A model generated the notes under the pieces. That model had not been told where the DNA came from and made no database searches. It saw nothing but the letters and a program-made list of their open reading frames with translations. Both the position numbers and the translations under genes were made by a program. A stretch of DNA of 64,000 bases from an uncultured delta proteobacterium. GTDB taxonomy: Bacteria; Myxococcota_A; Polyangia; Polyangiales; Polyangiaceae. The stretch lies in contig CAVQUB010000021.1 in assembly GCA_963716725.1 (NCBI GenBank), forward strand, positions 256,001-320,000, given 5' to 3'. Of this stretch, positions 10,541-20,165 are shown one piece after another (positions within the stretch are counted from its first letter, which is position 1; each line of letters starts with the position of its first letter).

Positions 10541-11282
10541 GTCGACGGGCGTCGCCGCTCCCGACACCAGCACACAGCGCCGGCCGCCAGTCCTCGAGCT
10601 CAGCGGCATCGTGAAGGATTTTGGCGTGGACGAGACCCGCGTGCGCGTACTGCACGGTCTCGAACTCCGGGTCGAGCCGGGGGAGCTGATCGCGATCATC
10701 GGCCCCTCCGGCAGCGGCAAGAGCACGCTGCTCGGCATCATCGGTCTCTTGATGCCCGCGACCGCGGGCTCGCTGCGCCTGACCGGCCAGGATGTGGCTC
10801 AGATGGACGACACGACGCGCACGCGGTTCCGCGGAGAGCGGATTGGCTTCGTCTTCCAGTTTCACCATTTGATCTCGGGCCTCACCGCAGCCGAGAACCT
10901 GATGATGCCTCTGATCATTCGCCGAGGCCGCATCACGCCGGACATGCGCGAGACGGCGCGCGCCGCGCTGGTCGAGGTCGGCCTTGGACACAAAATGGAT
11001 GCCCGTCCCACGCAGATGTCAGGCGGCGAGCAACAGCGCGTGGCCGTCGCACGGGCGCTCATCGGTCACCCACCACTGGTCCTCGCCGACGAACCGACCG
11101 GCAACCTCGACACTGAAAACTCGGAAAAGATCTTCGACTTGATGCGTCGCTACAATCGCGACCGCGAGACGGCGATCGTGACCGTCACGCACGATCCGCG
11201 GATCGCGGCGCGATGCGATCGCATCGTGAGCGTCGTCGACGGACGTATCGAGGACGAAGCACCGGTCCAGAGAGAGGCCTGA
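10533..11282 (+). CDS. ABC transporter ATP-binding protein (LolD/MacB type)
   Basis: [30 protein letters not shown]. Confidence 0.95.
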   Translation: MVESTGVAAPDTSTQRRPPVLELSGIVKDFGVDETRVRVLHGLELRVEPGELIAIIGPSGSGKSTLLGIIGLLMPATAGSLRLTGQDVAQMDDTTRTRFRGERIGFVFQFHHLISGLTAAENLMMPLIIRRGRITPDMRETARAALVEVGLGHKMDARPTQMSGGEQQRVAVARALIGHPPLVLADEPTGNLDTENSEKIFDLMRRYNRDRETAIVTVTHDPRIAARCDRIVSVVDGRIEDEAPVQREA

Positions 11283-11418
11283 GAGCGCCTTGGGTCGCCC
11301 TCTCGAGCGTCTCGCAAGCTGCTCTGCGCCGAGGAGCGAGACTTCTCGCTGCGTGAAGAGAGAAGCGCCGGGGCGCTCCGAGGGAGGCGGGCGCGTCCCA
11401 CCCCGCTCTCACCTGAGA

Positions 11419-12984
11419 TCACCGCGCGCTTCGGCTCGAGGCGAGCTCGTGCAGGTACACCTCGAGGTTGGTGTAGCCGGGTGCGCGCAACCTGGAGACA
11501 GACAGGGTGGTGGCGTTGCCGTCCTTCGGGTTCGCAGAGTCGAGCCCGTGTTGCTTCTCCCACGCATCGTCGATGCCGTCACCGTCGGCGTCGGGCGGTG
11601 AAGCGGGCGGCGAGCGCGGGTCGAACGCAAGGCTCAAGGCGTCGCCCGCCGGGTTGCGATCGCTCGGCGAGGCGTCGAATCCCCTGGCACGAACCGGCGC
11701 GGTGAGGCGGCGGTCCATCGGGTCGCGCGGGAGGGCTCCAGCCGTGTCGACGACCGAGCTGATCGTGGCCTCGCCGGCGGGCAAGTACGACACCGCGGGG
11801 AATGCGTGCCGCACTTGCGCGAAGAACTGAGCCGCGCGGGCGGGTCCGTAAGGAAACGACCCATCGCGGTCGGCGACGTCGTAGTCGTTGCAGCAGTAGA
11901 TGAGCTCGAGATCGCTGCGCTTCGGAAAGCGAAGGCTGCGGTTGCCCGACAAGAAGAGGCTCGAACCAGCCGCCAGCGCCTGCGGTTTTGGCGTCTCCTC
12001 GATGGTGAGCATCCCGTATGCGCGCTGCGGCGCGAGGCCGTACACGTTGCCGACGAAGTTGATGCGCCAATGCACCGGCTTCTTGGTCTGCGGATTGGCG
12101 CCGGCGAGCCACATCGGGCGGTGCGGGTCCCAGATCACGTTGTTGGCGATTTCGAGCTCCGCGGTCGTTCCGTCGCTCGAAGCGAAGTTTTCGCGTGAAA
12201 GCTCGGGCGTGCGACCCTGAATGCGGACCAAGAGGTTGCGAAGCAGCGCGATCCGCGTGAGCGGAAAGCCGCGCCCCGGATCGGAGTAGTTGATCAGGAT
12301 CCCCCCGAGCTCTGCGTGCGCTCCGAGGGTCTCGGCGATGATCGAGTCCTGCAAGCTCAACTCGCTGGACAGGGAGATCTGCACGGCTTCGTCAGCTGCA
12401 TTGCCGATGGATAGGTGATCGACGATGCCGCGCCGGGCGCGATGAAAGCGCAGGCCGTCGCCGCTGCCAACGGCGTCATCGGAGCCGGCGGGCCGGATCC
12501 GCAGATGACGAACCACGAAGTTCGACGGTGATTGGCCCGGCAAGGGACAGCCCTCTTGTTCACAGACGGTGTCACCTTGGATCATCAGGCCGCGCAAGAT
12601 CACCCCGCCGGGGGAGGTCTGCCCGGCGATTGTCACGTCACCCTTTTGGAGGACGGGCACACCGGCGACCACGCCGCTCACGTGAAAGACGATCGTGCGA
12701 GGCCCATCGGCGTCGAGCGCCGCCTGGAGCGAGCCAGGCCCCGAAGCCGCCAGCGTCGTCACTGCGATGACGCGCCCACCTCGGCCGCCGGTAGCGATCG
12801 CGCCGAAGCCCTCGGCGCCCGGAAATGCGACGGGGCCGCCTCCCGCTGGCGGAAGCGCTGCGGCCGCGCCCGGGGGCTTCGCGCCTTCGTTTGGCGCCGC
12901 GACCACACTCTTGTTCCGCGGCCGATTGCACATCACTACGAGAGGCAGCGCTGCAAGGAACCCGCCGAAGGCTCGGAGACGCAT
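11419..12984 (-). CDS. exported pectate-lyase-like (PL1 family) beta-helix protein, probable lipoprotein
   Basis: AFPGAEGFG..ATGGRGG, GPGSL, TIAGQTSPG; C-terminal DADGDGIDDAWE and GYTNLEVYL. Confidence 0.85.
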   Translation of the reverse strand: MRLRAFGGFLAALPLVVMCNRPRNKSVVAAPNEGAKPPGAAAALPPAGGGPVAFPGAEGFGAIATGGRGGRVIAVTTLAASGPGSLQAALDADGPRTIVFHVSGVVAGVPVLQKGDVTIAGQTSPGGVILRGLMIQGDTVCEQEGCPLPGQSPSNFVVRHLRIRPAGSDDAVGSGDGLRFHRARRGIVDHLSIGNAADEAVQISLSSELSLQDSIIAETLGAHAELGGILINYSDPGRGFPLTRIALLRNLLVRIQGRTPELSRENFASSDGTTAELEIANNVIWDPHRPMWLAGANPQTKKPVHWRINFVGNVYGLAPQRAYGMLTIEETPKPQALAAGSSLFLSGNRSLRFPKRSDLELIYCCNDYDVADRDGSFPYGPARAAQFFAQVRHAFPAVSYLPAGEATISSVVDTAGALPRDPMDRRLTAPVRARGFDASPSDRNPAGDALSLAFDPRSPPASPPDADGDGIDDAWEKQHGLDSANPKDGNATTLSVSRLRAPGYTNLEVYLHELASSRSAR

Positions 12985-13154
12985 TGATCCCAAAGCCTCT
13001 CATGCCGCGGTACGGTGGTCGAGCCGAGCGAGCCGCCAACCAATCTTCGCCCCCGTCGGCAGCGGAACGGCGCTCGCGGGACCTGAAGCCTCGACGCGCC
13101 CCAACTCGGGACAAGACGTTGCCGCCAACAGCACGAACGATGAATACTACGGCG

Positions 13155-13538
13155 ATGTGGAAAACGAGGAGTCGACTCGTCGCCTCGGCGTTGCTCTTCT
13201 TTGCGACCGTCGCTCGGGCCGACGTCCCCCCGATGGACAGTTGTGGCCCGGCGGGCTCGATCTGCAAGAACGCCGGCAACAACGCCGATGAGTCGGGCAT
13301 TTGCAAGAAGGCGACTTGTTCGCGCTCCAGCCCCGACGGCACCACCCGCGTCTACGAGTGCAACCGCTGCGCCGCCGGTGTCAGCGCATTGACGAAGGGC
13401 TGTGAAATGGGCCGAGATGGGGGAGAGCCGCCGGTGCCGCTGGTGATCCTGGCCATCGGAGCGCTGGCCAGGTGGCGACGGGCCGGGACTTCTCGCGGGC
13501 GACCGAGCGCGCAGCCACGCGGGCAACGCGGGTTCTAG
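13155..13538 (+). CDS. small exported Cys-rich protein with MYXO-CTERM-like sorting tail
   Basis: Signal peptide (…TVARA|DVPP), six-Cys domain, KGC-linker-PLVILAIGALA-RWRR tail. Confidence 0.6.
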   Translation: MWKTRSRLVASALLFFATVARADVPPMDSCGPAGSICKNAGNNADESGICKKATCSRSSPDGTTRVYECNRCAAGVSALTKGCEMGRDGGEPPVPLVILAIGALARWRRAGTSRGRPSAQPRGQRGF

Positions 13539-13583
13539 ACCGAGCCCCCAGAGCCCCCAGGCGCCCGGCGCTGCCCCTAGACC

Positions 13584-15542
13584 GTGCCCACCGGTTCGGT
13601 TAAGATTCTAGGTTTAGAGGTCGTAGTCAGTAGGGAACATGCTGCTGGAACCAGAGCGACTCCGCTTGGCACTCTCCGTCGGCACTTCGAGGGGGGCGCG
13701 GCGAGCTTGACCCACCCAGCGGCCGCTCAGGGTGACGGAGCGCTGGGTCCGCGCGACCGAGGAACGATCCTGTTCGTCGACGATCAATCGACCCAGCTCC
13801 AGATCATCGGCCGCACTCTCGAGACCTCCGGCTACACCGTGCACACGGCGCAACAAGCGGAAACGAGCTTGCAGACCGCAGCGACGCACTCCATCGAGGT
13901 CGCTATCTGTGATCTGCACATGCCAATCGTCGATGGGATCTCCCTCATGCGTCGCCTCCAGGCGCACGACCCCAACTTGCCCGTGATCATTCTGAGCGCC
14001 GACGCGGACGTCAGCGGGATCCTCGATGCGGTGGGCGCAGGCGCGTTCGACTACGTGCTGAAGACGCCGGAGGGGCTCCGCTTGCTGCCGGTCGCGCTCG
14101 ACCGCGCGGTGAACCACTCGCGCGCGGCGCACCGAGCACAGCTTCTGACCAAGGAACTGGAGCGCGCAAATGCCGAACTGGAAGCGCGGGTGTCGCGCCG
14201 AACGGCGGCCCTCGAGGCGACCGTGGACCAACTCCGCCGTCGTCGGCAGGAGCTACAGACGGCTCTGGACGAGCTCGAAGCCGCCAAACAGCACATCATC
14301 ATGCAGGAGCGCCTGGCATCCATGGGCACGCTGAGCGCGGGCATTGCGCACGAGATCAACAACCCAGCGGCGGTCGTGATGGCCAACCTCGAACTGGCGC
14401 GCGCCGACCTCGAGACGCTCGACGAAGCCGCCTCCGAAGTTCGGCGTTGGGTAGTGGCTCATCCGGAACTGGAGGAGCTTCAGGCGGTTTTCCAGCAAAG
14501 CGAGCTCTCGCCTAGACTGAGTCGACTGCGCGACGTCGTCGCGGATGGTCTCGAGGGCATCCAAAGGATCGCTACCTTGAGCGCCGATCTCCGCGTCTTC
14601 AGCCGACACCAGAACGACGAGCAAGAGCCCGTCGACATCAACGCGACGGTCGCTACGGCTTGCCGGATGGCCGGGAACGAGATCCGGCACCGCGCGACCC
14701 TGCACGCGGACTACCAGCCACTGCCGCAGATCCTCGGAAACCGGCTGAAGCTGAGCCAGGTGGTGCTCAACCTCTTGATCAACGCCGCGCACGCGATCCC
14801 CGAGGGAAACACCCAGCAGCACCGAGTCAGTGTGCGGACATCGATTGCGGGTGAGCTGCTCTGCATCGAAGTGGCAGACACCGGCCTCGGTATCCCCCCC
14901 GAGATCGCCCCGAGGATCTTCGAGCCCTTCTTCACGACCAAGCCAGTGGGCGAAGGCACCGGCCTCGGCCTGGCGCTCTGCGCAAAGATCGTGCGCGATC
15001 ATGGCGGCGAGCTCACGTTCACCAGCACTCCGGGCGAAGGAAGCCGCTTCCTCGTCGAGATCCCCATCGGAACGAGCCCTGTCGCACCTGCCTCGCGCAC
15101 GCCCATTTCGACTCTTCCTCCGCCGCCCCTGGTCGGACTGCGGATCCTCCTGGTGGACGACGAGGAGCTCCTGCTCAAGGCGCTGCGCCGCACCCTCGCC
15201 GGCAACGAAGTCGTGCTGGCGCAGGGGGGGAGCGTCGCGCAGCGCACGCTCGCAGCGGACTCCAGCTTCGATCTGGTCCTGTGCGACCTGAAAATGGCCG
15301 ACGTCGATGGCTCCTGCCTGTATGAGAGCGTAGCGGCGACGGACGCGGATCTCGCCAGCCGGTTCATCTTCCTCACCGGCGGTGCCTTCGCGCCGCAAGC
15401 GACGGAGTTCCTCGACAGGGTCGGTGTTTGCGTGCTGAAGAAACCGACCTCGCGCACTGAGTTGGTCGAGGCATGCCAGACCACCCTCATGCGTGTCGGC
15501 CGGCGGCCCGTGGGCAGCAACCACGACGAGGTTCACTCGTGA
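13584..15542 (+). CDS. cytoplasmic hybrid histidine kinase (REC-coiled coil-HisKA-HATPase-REC)
   Basis: N-terminal REC (FVDD, CDLHMP, K); H-box AHEINNP; N-box NLLINA; DTGLG, FFTTK, GTGLGL; C-terminal REC (LVDD, CDLKM). True start may be TTG 13707. Confidence 0.9.
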   Translation: MPTGSVKILGLEVVVSREHAAGTRATPLGTLRRHFEGGAASLTHPAAAQGDGALGPRDRGTILFVDDQSTQLQIIGRTLETSGYTVHTAQQAETSLQTAATHSIEVAICDLHMPIVDGISLMRRLQAHDPNLPVIILSADADVSGILDAVGAGAFDYVLKTPEGLRLLPVALDRAVNHSRAAHRAQLLTKELERANAELEARVSRRTAALEATVDQLRRRRQELQTALDELEAAKQHIIMQERLASMGTLSAGIAHEINNPAAVVMANLELARADLETLDEAASEVRRWVVAHPELEELQAVFQQSELSPRLSRLRDVVADGLEGIQRIATLSADLRVFSRHQNDEQEPVDINATVATACRMAGNEIRHRATLHADYQPLPQILGNRLKLSQVVLNLLINAAHAIPEGNTQQHRVSVRTSIAGELLCIEVADTGLGIPPEIAPRIFEPFFTTKPVGEGTGLGLALCAKIVRDHGGELTFTSTPGEGSRFLVEIPIGTSPVAPASRTPISTLPPPPLVGLRILLVDDEELLLKALRRTLAGNEVVLAQGGSVAQRTLAADSSFDLVLCDLKMADVDGSCLYESVAATDADLASRFIFLTGGAFAPQATEFLDRVGVCVLKKPTSRTELVEACQTTLMRVGRRPVGSNHDEVHS

Positions 15543-15949
15543 TCCCAGAAGCGCCGGTGCTCGACGAGCAAGCGGTCTCGCTCCTTCGTCGGCTCGTCGG
15601 ACCGGACCGCCCTCACTTCCTGCGCGAGACCGTCGATACCTATCTCCGTGACGCTGAGGAGACCGCCATCGCTCTCGAGCGCGCGCTTCGCAACGCTGAC
15701 TCTGCGGAAGTGGCGGACGCCGCGCACCGAATTAAAGGCGCGAGCGCCATGGTCGGGGCCGCTCGCGTCGCCAACGTCGCTGAAGCCCTCCAGATCGCCG
15801 CCAGCGTGTCTGAAGTCAGCGCCTACGCCGGTCTCTTCGGCAGGCTCGAAGAAGAGCTCGAGCGGGCGAGGTCAGCGCTTTGTGAGCTGATATTCGAAGA
15901 CCACGACGCGACGAGAGCACACCCGCGAACCAAAGCAGGAGACCCATGA
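15539..15949 (+). CDS. Hpt (histidine phosphotransfer) protein
   Basis: AHRIKGASAMVGA motif; GTGA overlap with the upstream stop. Confidence 0.9.
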   Translation: MIPEAPVLDEQAVSLLRRLVGPDRPHFLRETVDTYLRDAEETAIALERALRNADSAEVADAAHRIKGASAMVGAARVANVAEALQIAASVSEVSAYAGLFGRLEEELERARSALCELIFEDHDATRAHPRTKAGDP

Positions 15950-17097
15950 CGAATACACTGAACCTCAAGCGCGGCGCGTCTCGAGCCAAGGACGAACTCG
16001 AAGCTGCGAGAGAGCTCTGGGAGGCCATCGGTCAGCCAGACATCTCGTTCTGCCTGTTCTTCTGCTCTCCCAACTACGACGTGAAGAAGCTCGGCCCGGC
16101 CCTCGCCGAGCACTTCGGCGCCTTGCCAATGCTGGGCTGCACGACAGCCGGAGAGATTTCGCCGACAGGCTACCTGAGCGGAGCGATCACCGGCATCAGC
16201 ATCGCTAGCCCAGACTTCAGGGTCGTGACGCGTCGCATCGACCAGCTCAATGCCTTCGATCTCGATGACGGTGAGAGGACGATCACTTCGCTCCTTGCAG
16301 AGCTCAAACAGGTCGGCGAACCACCGACGAGCGAAAACACCTTCGCGTTCTTGCTGGTCGATGGCCTGAGCCTACAGGAAGAGCGGGTGGTGGCGGGCCT
16401 GTGTCGCGGCATTGGCGACATCCAGCTTTTCGGCGGCTCCGCCGGCGACGAGGAGAACTTCTCGGCCACATACCTCTTCCATGACGGCGCATTTCACGAC
16501 AACGCGGCGGTGGTGGCTTTGGTGCAGACCCAGCGCCCCTTTCACGTCTTCAAGACCCAACACTTCGTGCCATCGGACGCGAAGCTCGTCGTCACCGGCG
16601 CAGATCCAGCCAATAGGGTAGTGACCGAGATCAACGGGGACCCCGCGGGCGCCGAGTACGCACGGCTCGTTGGCCTCGAAGTCGACAAGCTCACACCGAT
16701 GATCTTCGCGACCTACCCCGTGGTCGTGCGCCTTGGCGGCGACTACTACGTGCGCTCGATCCAGAAGGTGAACGAGGACGGGAGCCTCACGTTTTTCTGC
16801 GCCATCGACGAAGGCGTCGTGCTGACGATCGCGCAGGGCGTGGATTTCATTCAGAACCTCGAGGACGCCTTTGTAGGGGTCCAAAAGGCGGTGGGCGTGC
16901 CCGAGCTCGTCATCGGCTGTGACTGCATCCTCAGGAAGCTGGAGAGCGAGCAGAAGGGCATCAAGGCGCAGATCTCGGAGCTCATGACCAAGAACAACGT
17001 CATCGGTTTCGCCACCTACGGCGAACAGTTCAACGCGATGCACGTGAACCAGACCTTCACCGGCGTCGCCATCGGCGCGATGAGCGATGGCGAGTGA
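15946..17097 (+). CDS. nosP: FIST-domain nitric-oxide/heme sensor, NosP-like
   Basis: [74 protein letters not shown]; directly upstream of a hybrid kinase. Confidence 0.88.
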   Translation: MTNTLNLKRGASRAKDELEAARELWEAIGQPDISFCLFFCSPNYDVKKLGPALAEHFGALPMLGCTTAGEISPTGYLSGAITGISIASPDFRVVTRRIDQLNAFDLDDGERTITSLLAELKQVGEPPTSENTFAFLLVDGLSLQEERVVAGLCRGIGDIQLFGGSAGDEENFSATYLFHDGAFHDNAAVVALVQTQRPFHVFKTQHFVPSDAKLVVTGADPANRVVTEINGDPAGAEYARLVGLEVDKLTPMIFATYPVVVRLGGDYYVRSIQKVNEDGSLTFFCAIDEGVVLTIAQGVDFIQNLEDAFVGVQKAVGVPELVIGCDCILRKLESEQKGIKAQISELMTKNNVIGFATYGEQFNAMHVNQTFTGVAIGAMSDGE

Positions 17098-18874
17098 TGA
17101 ATTCAACGAGCTAGAGCTTCTCCGAAGCCGGAACGCTCGGCTCGAGAAGATCAACCGCGCGCTCATGGATCGGGTAGAGCGCTCGATGGACCAGCAGGGC
17201 AGCGCCTACTCTCTGTTCCAGACCGCGACTGCGATGGAGGGCGAGCTTCGCAAGCGAACCGCAGCGCTCCGCAGCACCATGGAGGAGCTCGAGCGCTCCA
17301 ACCGCGATCTGTCCACGGCCAAAGAACTCGCCGACGCGGCCAATCGGGCCAAGTCCGACTTCCTTGCCAACATGAGCCACGAAATCCGCACGCCACTCAA
17401 CGGCGTGTTGGGCATGGTGGGTCTGCTCCTGAAGACCGATCTGGGACCGACCCAAGAGCACTACGCCGAGACGGTCCGGCGCTCCGGCGACATCCTGCTC
17501 CGGATCATCAACGACATCCTCGATTTCTCGAAGATAGAGGCTGGTAAGCTGGAGCTGGAAAACACCAGCTACGATCTCAGGAGGGTCGTGGAGGACGCCA
17601 TCGAAGGGTTCGCCACGCGCGCTCACAACGCGCGGACAGAGCTGATCTGCGAGATCGCGCCTGAAGTCCCCCGAATCGTCAGCGGCGACCCTTTGCGGGT
17701 TCATCAGGTGCTCGCCAACTTGCTCTCCAACGCCATCAAGTTTTCCTGCAACGGAGACGTACGCCTCATCGTCGAAGTCCAGAAGGCACCTCCGGTCGAC
17801 GCCATTCGCTTCGAGGTTCACGACCAGGGGCAGGGGTTGAGCGGCGAGCAATGCACGCGCTTGTTCAGTGCGTTCACTCAAGCGGATACTTCGACCACGC
17901 GCCGGTTCGGCGGGACTGGCCTCGGCCTCGCCATCAGCAAGCAGCTCACCGAGATGATGGGGGGACGGATCGGGGTGCGGACTGCCATTGGCGAAGGCAG
18001 CACCTTTCATTTCACCGTGCCCTTCGATGCATCCGCGGCTCGAGCGACGGGCTGGGTCCCGAAGTTGTTCGACCGAACCGCCCTCGTCGTGGACGCGAGC
18101 GAAGGCAGCGGTCGGGCGCTGCTCACTCAGCTGGCGAGGCTGGGCCTTCACGCGACTCACCAGAGAAGTCTGGCCTCGGGGGCCAGCTGGCTCTCTGCCC
18201 AAGCTGGCGCCGTCGACTTGATCGTGGTGTCTCGCGAGACGGTCGGCAAAGACGACGCGGAGATCCACAGCGTCCTCGCGGCGAGCGGCCACCCCGAAGC
18301 GAAGACGCTGCTGCTGACGCCGTTTCTGGCTGACCTTGCGGAGTCGGCCGGCTCCACTGCCTACGACGCTGCCACGCACAAGCCGGTCACGCCCAGCCGG
18401 CTTCGAAGTGTCGTGGAGGCCGTGGTCGCGCCCGAGTTGAAGCCTCGACGCCGCAGTGTGAGCGTCCCGACCTCGAGACCCGCGCTCGGCGAGGTCGCCA
18501 GACCTCGGGTGCTCGTCGCGGAGGACAACCCCACGAACCAATTGGTCATCACCGCTCTCCTGGCGGAGCTCGGCTACGCAGCCGTCGTGGTCGGCAACGG
18601 AAGCGAGGCCATCGCCGCGCTCGAGGAGCCCCATGAAATTCGGGCTGTGCTCATGGACTGGCAGATGCCGATCATGGATGGAGTGGTGGCGACTCGCGAA
18701 ATCCGCCGGCTCGAAGCACTCCGGGGCACACGCGTACCCATCATTGGTCTGACCGCGCACGCGCTCAGCGACCAGAAGTCGGTCGCGCTCGATTCGGGCA
18801 TGGACGAATACCTCACCAAGCCGGTTCGTGAGGAGGAGCTGGCCCGAGCGCTGACGCGGTGGTGCGGAGTATGA
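17087..18874 (+). CDS. NosP-associated hybrid histidine kinase (NahK-like)
   Basis: N-terminal [27 protein letters not shown] coiled coil as seen in NosP partner kinases; [18 protein letters not shown]; degenerate REC plus canonical REC (AEDN, LMDWQMP, TKP). Confidence 0.88.
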   Translation: MASDEFNELELLRSRNARLEKINRALMDRVERSMDQQGSAYSLFQTATAMEGELRKRTAALRSTMEELERSNRDLSTAKELADAANRAKSDFLANMSHEIRTPLNGVLGMVGLLLKTDLGPTQEHYAETVRRSGDILLRIINDILDFSKIEAGKLELENTSYDLRRVVEDAIEGFATRAHNARTELICEIAPEVPRIVSGDPLRVHQVLANLLSNAIKFSCNGDVRLIVEVQKAPPVDAIRFEVHDQGQGLSGEQCTRLFSAFTQADTSTTRRFGGTGLGLAISKQLTEMMGGRIGVRTAIGEGSTFHFTVPFDASAARATGWVPKLFDRTALVVDASEGSGRALLTQLARLGLHATHQRSLASGASWLSAQAGAVDLIVVSRETVGKDDAEIHSVLAASGHPEAKTLLLTPFLADLAESAGSTAYDAATHKPVTPSRLRSVVEAVVAPELKPRRRSVSVPTSRPALGEVARPRVLVAEDNPTNQLVITALLAELGYAAVVVGNGSEAIAALEEPHEIRAVLMDWQMPIMDGVVATREIRRLEALRGTRVPIIGLTAHALSDQKSVALDSGMDEYLTKPVREEELARALTRWCGV

Positions 18875-18916
18875 GAGCCCAGAAGCGACCAGCGGCGCCG
18901 AAGCGGCGCCCCGCGC

Positions 18917-19412
18917 CTAGTGCCGCGCGGCCGAAGTTCGAGTGGATTCGCCCCTGAGACCTGCGCTCATTTGGGCTCTCACAGGAAGGGCGGAAGAGCG
19001 GAAGGATTTGGGGTGGTCAGGCGTTAGCCTCCGCAGGCCATTTCTGAGCGCGGTCACGTTGAAGTTGACGAGCAGGCCGACGGGCAACCGCGAAAGGCGC
19101 AGATAGGTGATGACCTGCGCTTCGTAAATCGGGAGCAGCCGCTCGACCGCCTTGAGCTCCAGGAGGATACGATCTGGAAGCGACCAGGTCGAGGCGATAG
19201 GCGCTGTCAAGGTGCACGCCTTTGTAGCGGATTGGTAGCGGTCGCTGCCGCTCGAACTTGAGCCGTCGTTCGGACAGCTCGGCAGATAGACAGGCCTCAT
19301 ATGCGGATTCCATCAGCCCTGGACCGAGATGCCGATGCACCTCGATCAGCGCACCGATCACCTCGTCCGTCCCATCCCCAAATCTTCCGAGCTTTCGCCC
19401 TTCCTGTGCCAT
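18917..19412 (-). pseudogene. GxxExxY family protein (PD-(D/E)XK nuclease-like), split by a 1-nt frameshift near 19178
   Basis: IEVHRHLGPGLMESAYEACL...YRLDLV in one frame continues as DRILLELKAVERLLPIYEAQVITYLRLS...GLLVNFN in another. Confidence 0.85.
18980..19408. repeat. imperfect 33/34-bp inverted repeats bounding the GxxExxY gene
   Basis: 18980-19013 CACAGGAAGGGCGGAAGAGCGGAAGGATTTGGGG versus reverse complement of 19376-19408 CACAGGAAGGGCGAAAGCTCGGAAGATTTGGGG (30 of 34 aligned positions match). Confidence 0.85.
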
Positions 19413-19444
19413 CCCCGTGTGGTCGGGCCTCACTCCGAAACAGT

Positions 19445-20100
19445 TGCTGTCCGGCCACCATCGGAATGTCAGCGTAGCGGCGTTCGAGCGCCTGGATGCC
19501 GGTCTTCTCGTCGACGCACACGATGTGCTCCTTCTTTGGCGTCTCGTAGTAGACGCGCAGCACGTCGTCGCGCTTCCCCCTGAACTCGTCGTCGTGCGAA
19601 GTCAGGTACATTTGTTGCCGATGCGGTTGCAGGTCAGCATCCTTGAGTATGCGGCCCACCGACCGGTCGCTGATCTGAATTCCTTGCGCGCGAACGTGCA
19701 CGCCAAGCAACGACGCTGACCAGTGCGTGACGGGCACGCCGACGTCGCTCGGCGGTCGACACGCTTCTGCTTCTACTCGAGCCGCTACGGTGTCCGAGAG
19801 AGAGGGCGGCCGTCCCGAGCGCGGGGCGTCCGCCAGTCTCTCGCTAGGTGCCGCGCAGTCGAAGCGCTTGCGCCAGTCGTCCACCGTGCGCACGTGCACC
19901 CCGAGGAGCCGGGCGATGTCCGTCGCAGGCACTCCGTCCGCCATCATCAACACGGCCTGCGCCCGACGAACCAGCCGCTGCTCCGCCCTGGCGGGTCGCA
20001 ACGCCTCCTCGATCCGCGCGCGCTCTTCAGCCCTCAGCGCGAGCGGAACCGTCGGACGACCACCGTGCGCTCGGCCCGCGAACGCGCTGTAGTCGATCAT
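19445..20100 (-). pseudogene. IS630 transposase, truncated after the first catalytic Asp
   Basis: RRAQAVLM..DIARLLGVHVRTVDDWRKRF, DAPRSGRP, HWSASLL, VCVDEKTGIQALER, PMVAGQ. Homology then stops, and no second D or E region is present. Confidence 0.85.
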
Positions 20101-20165
20101 GTCACCCCACTACACCGACGACACGCACACGGAAAAGAAACCAGCGAAACTTCTGCCGCGCGGCA

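Noticed and set aside
13535..13583. Short repeats (CTAGACCG x2, GAGCCCCCAG x2) as an island boundary for the NosP operon
   Set aside because: Too short, with no convincing partner at the other end of the operon.
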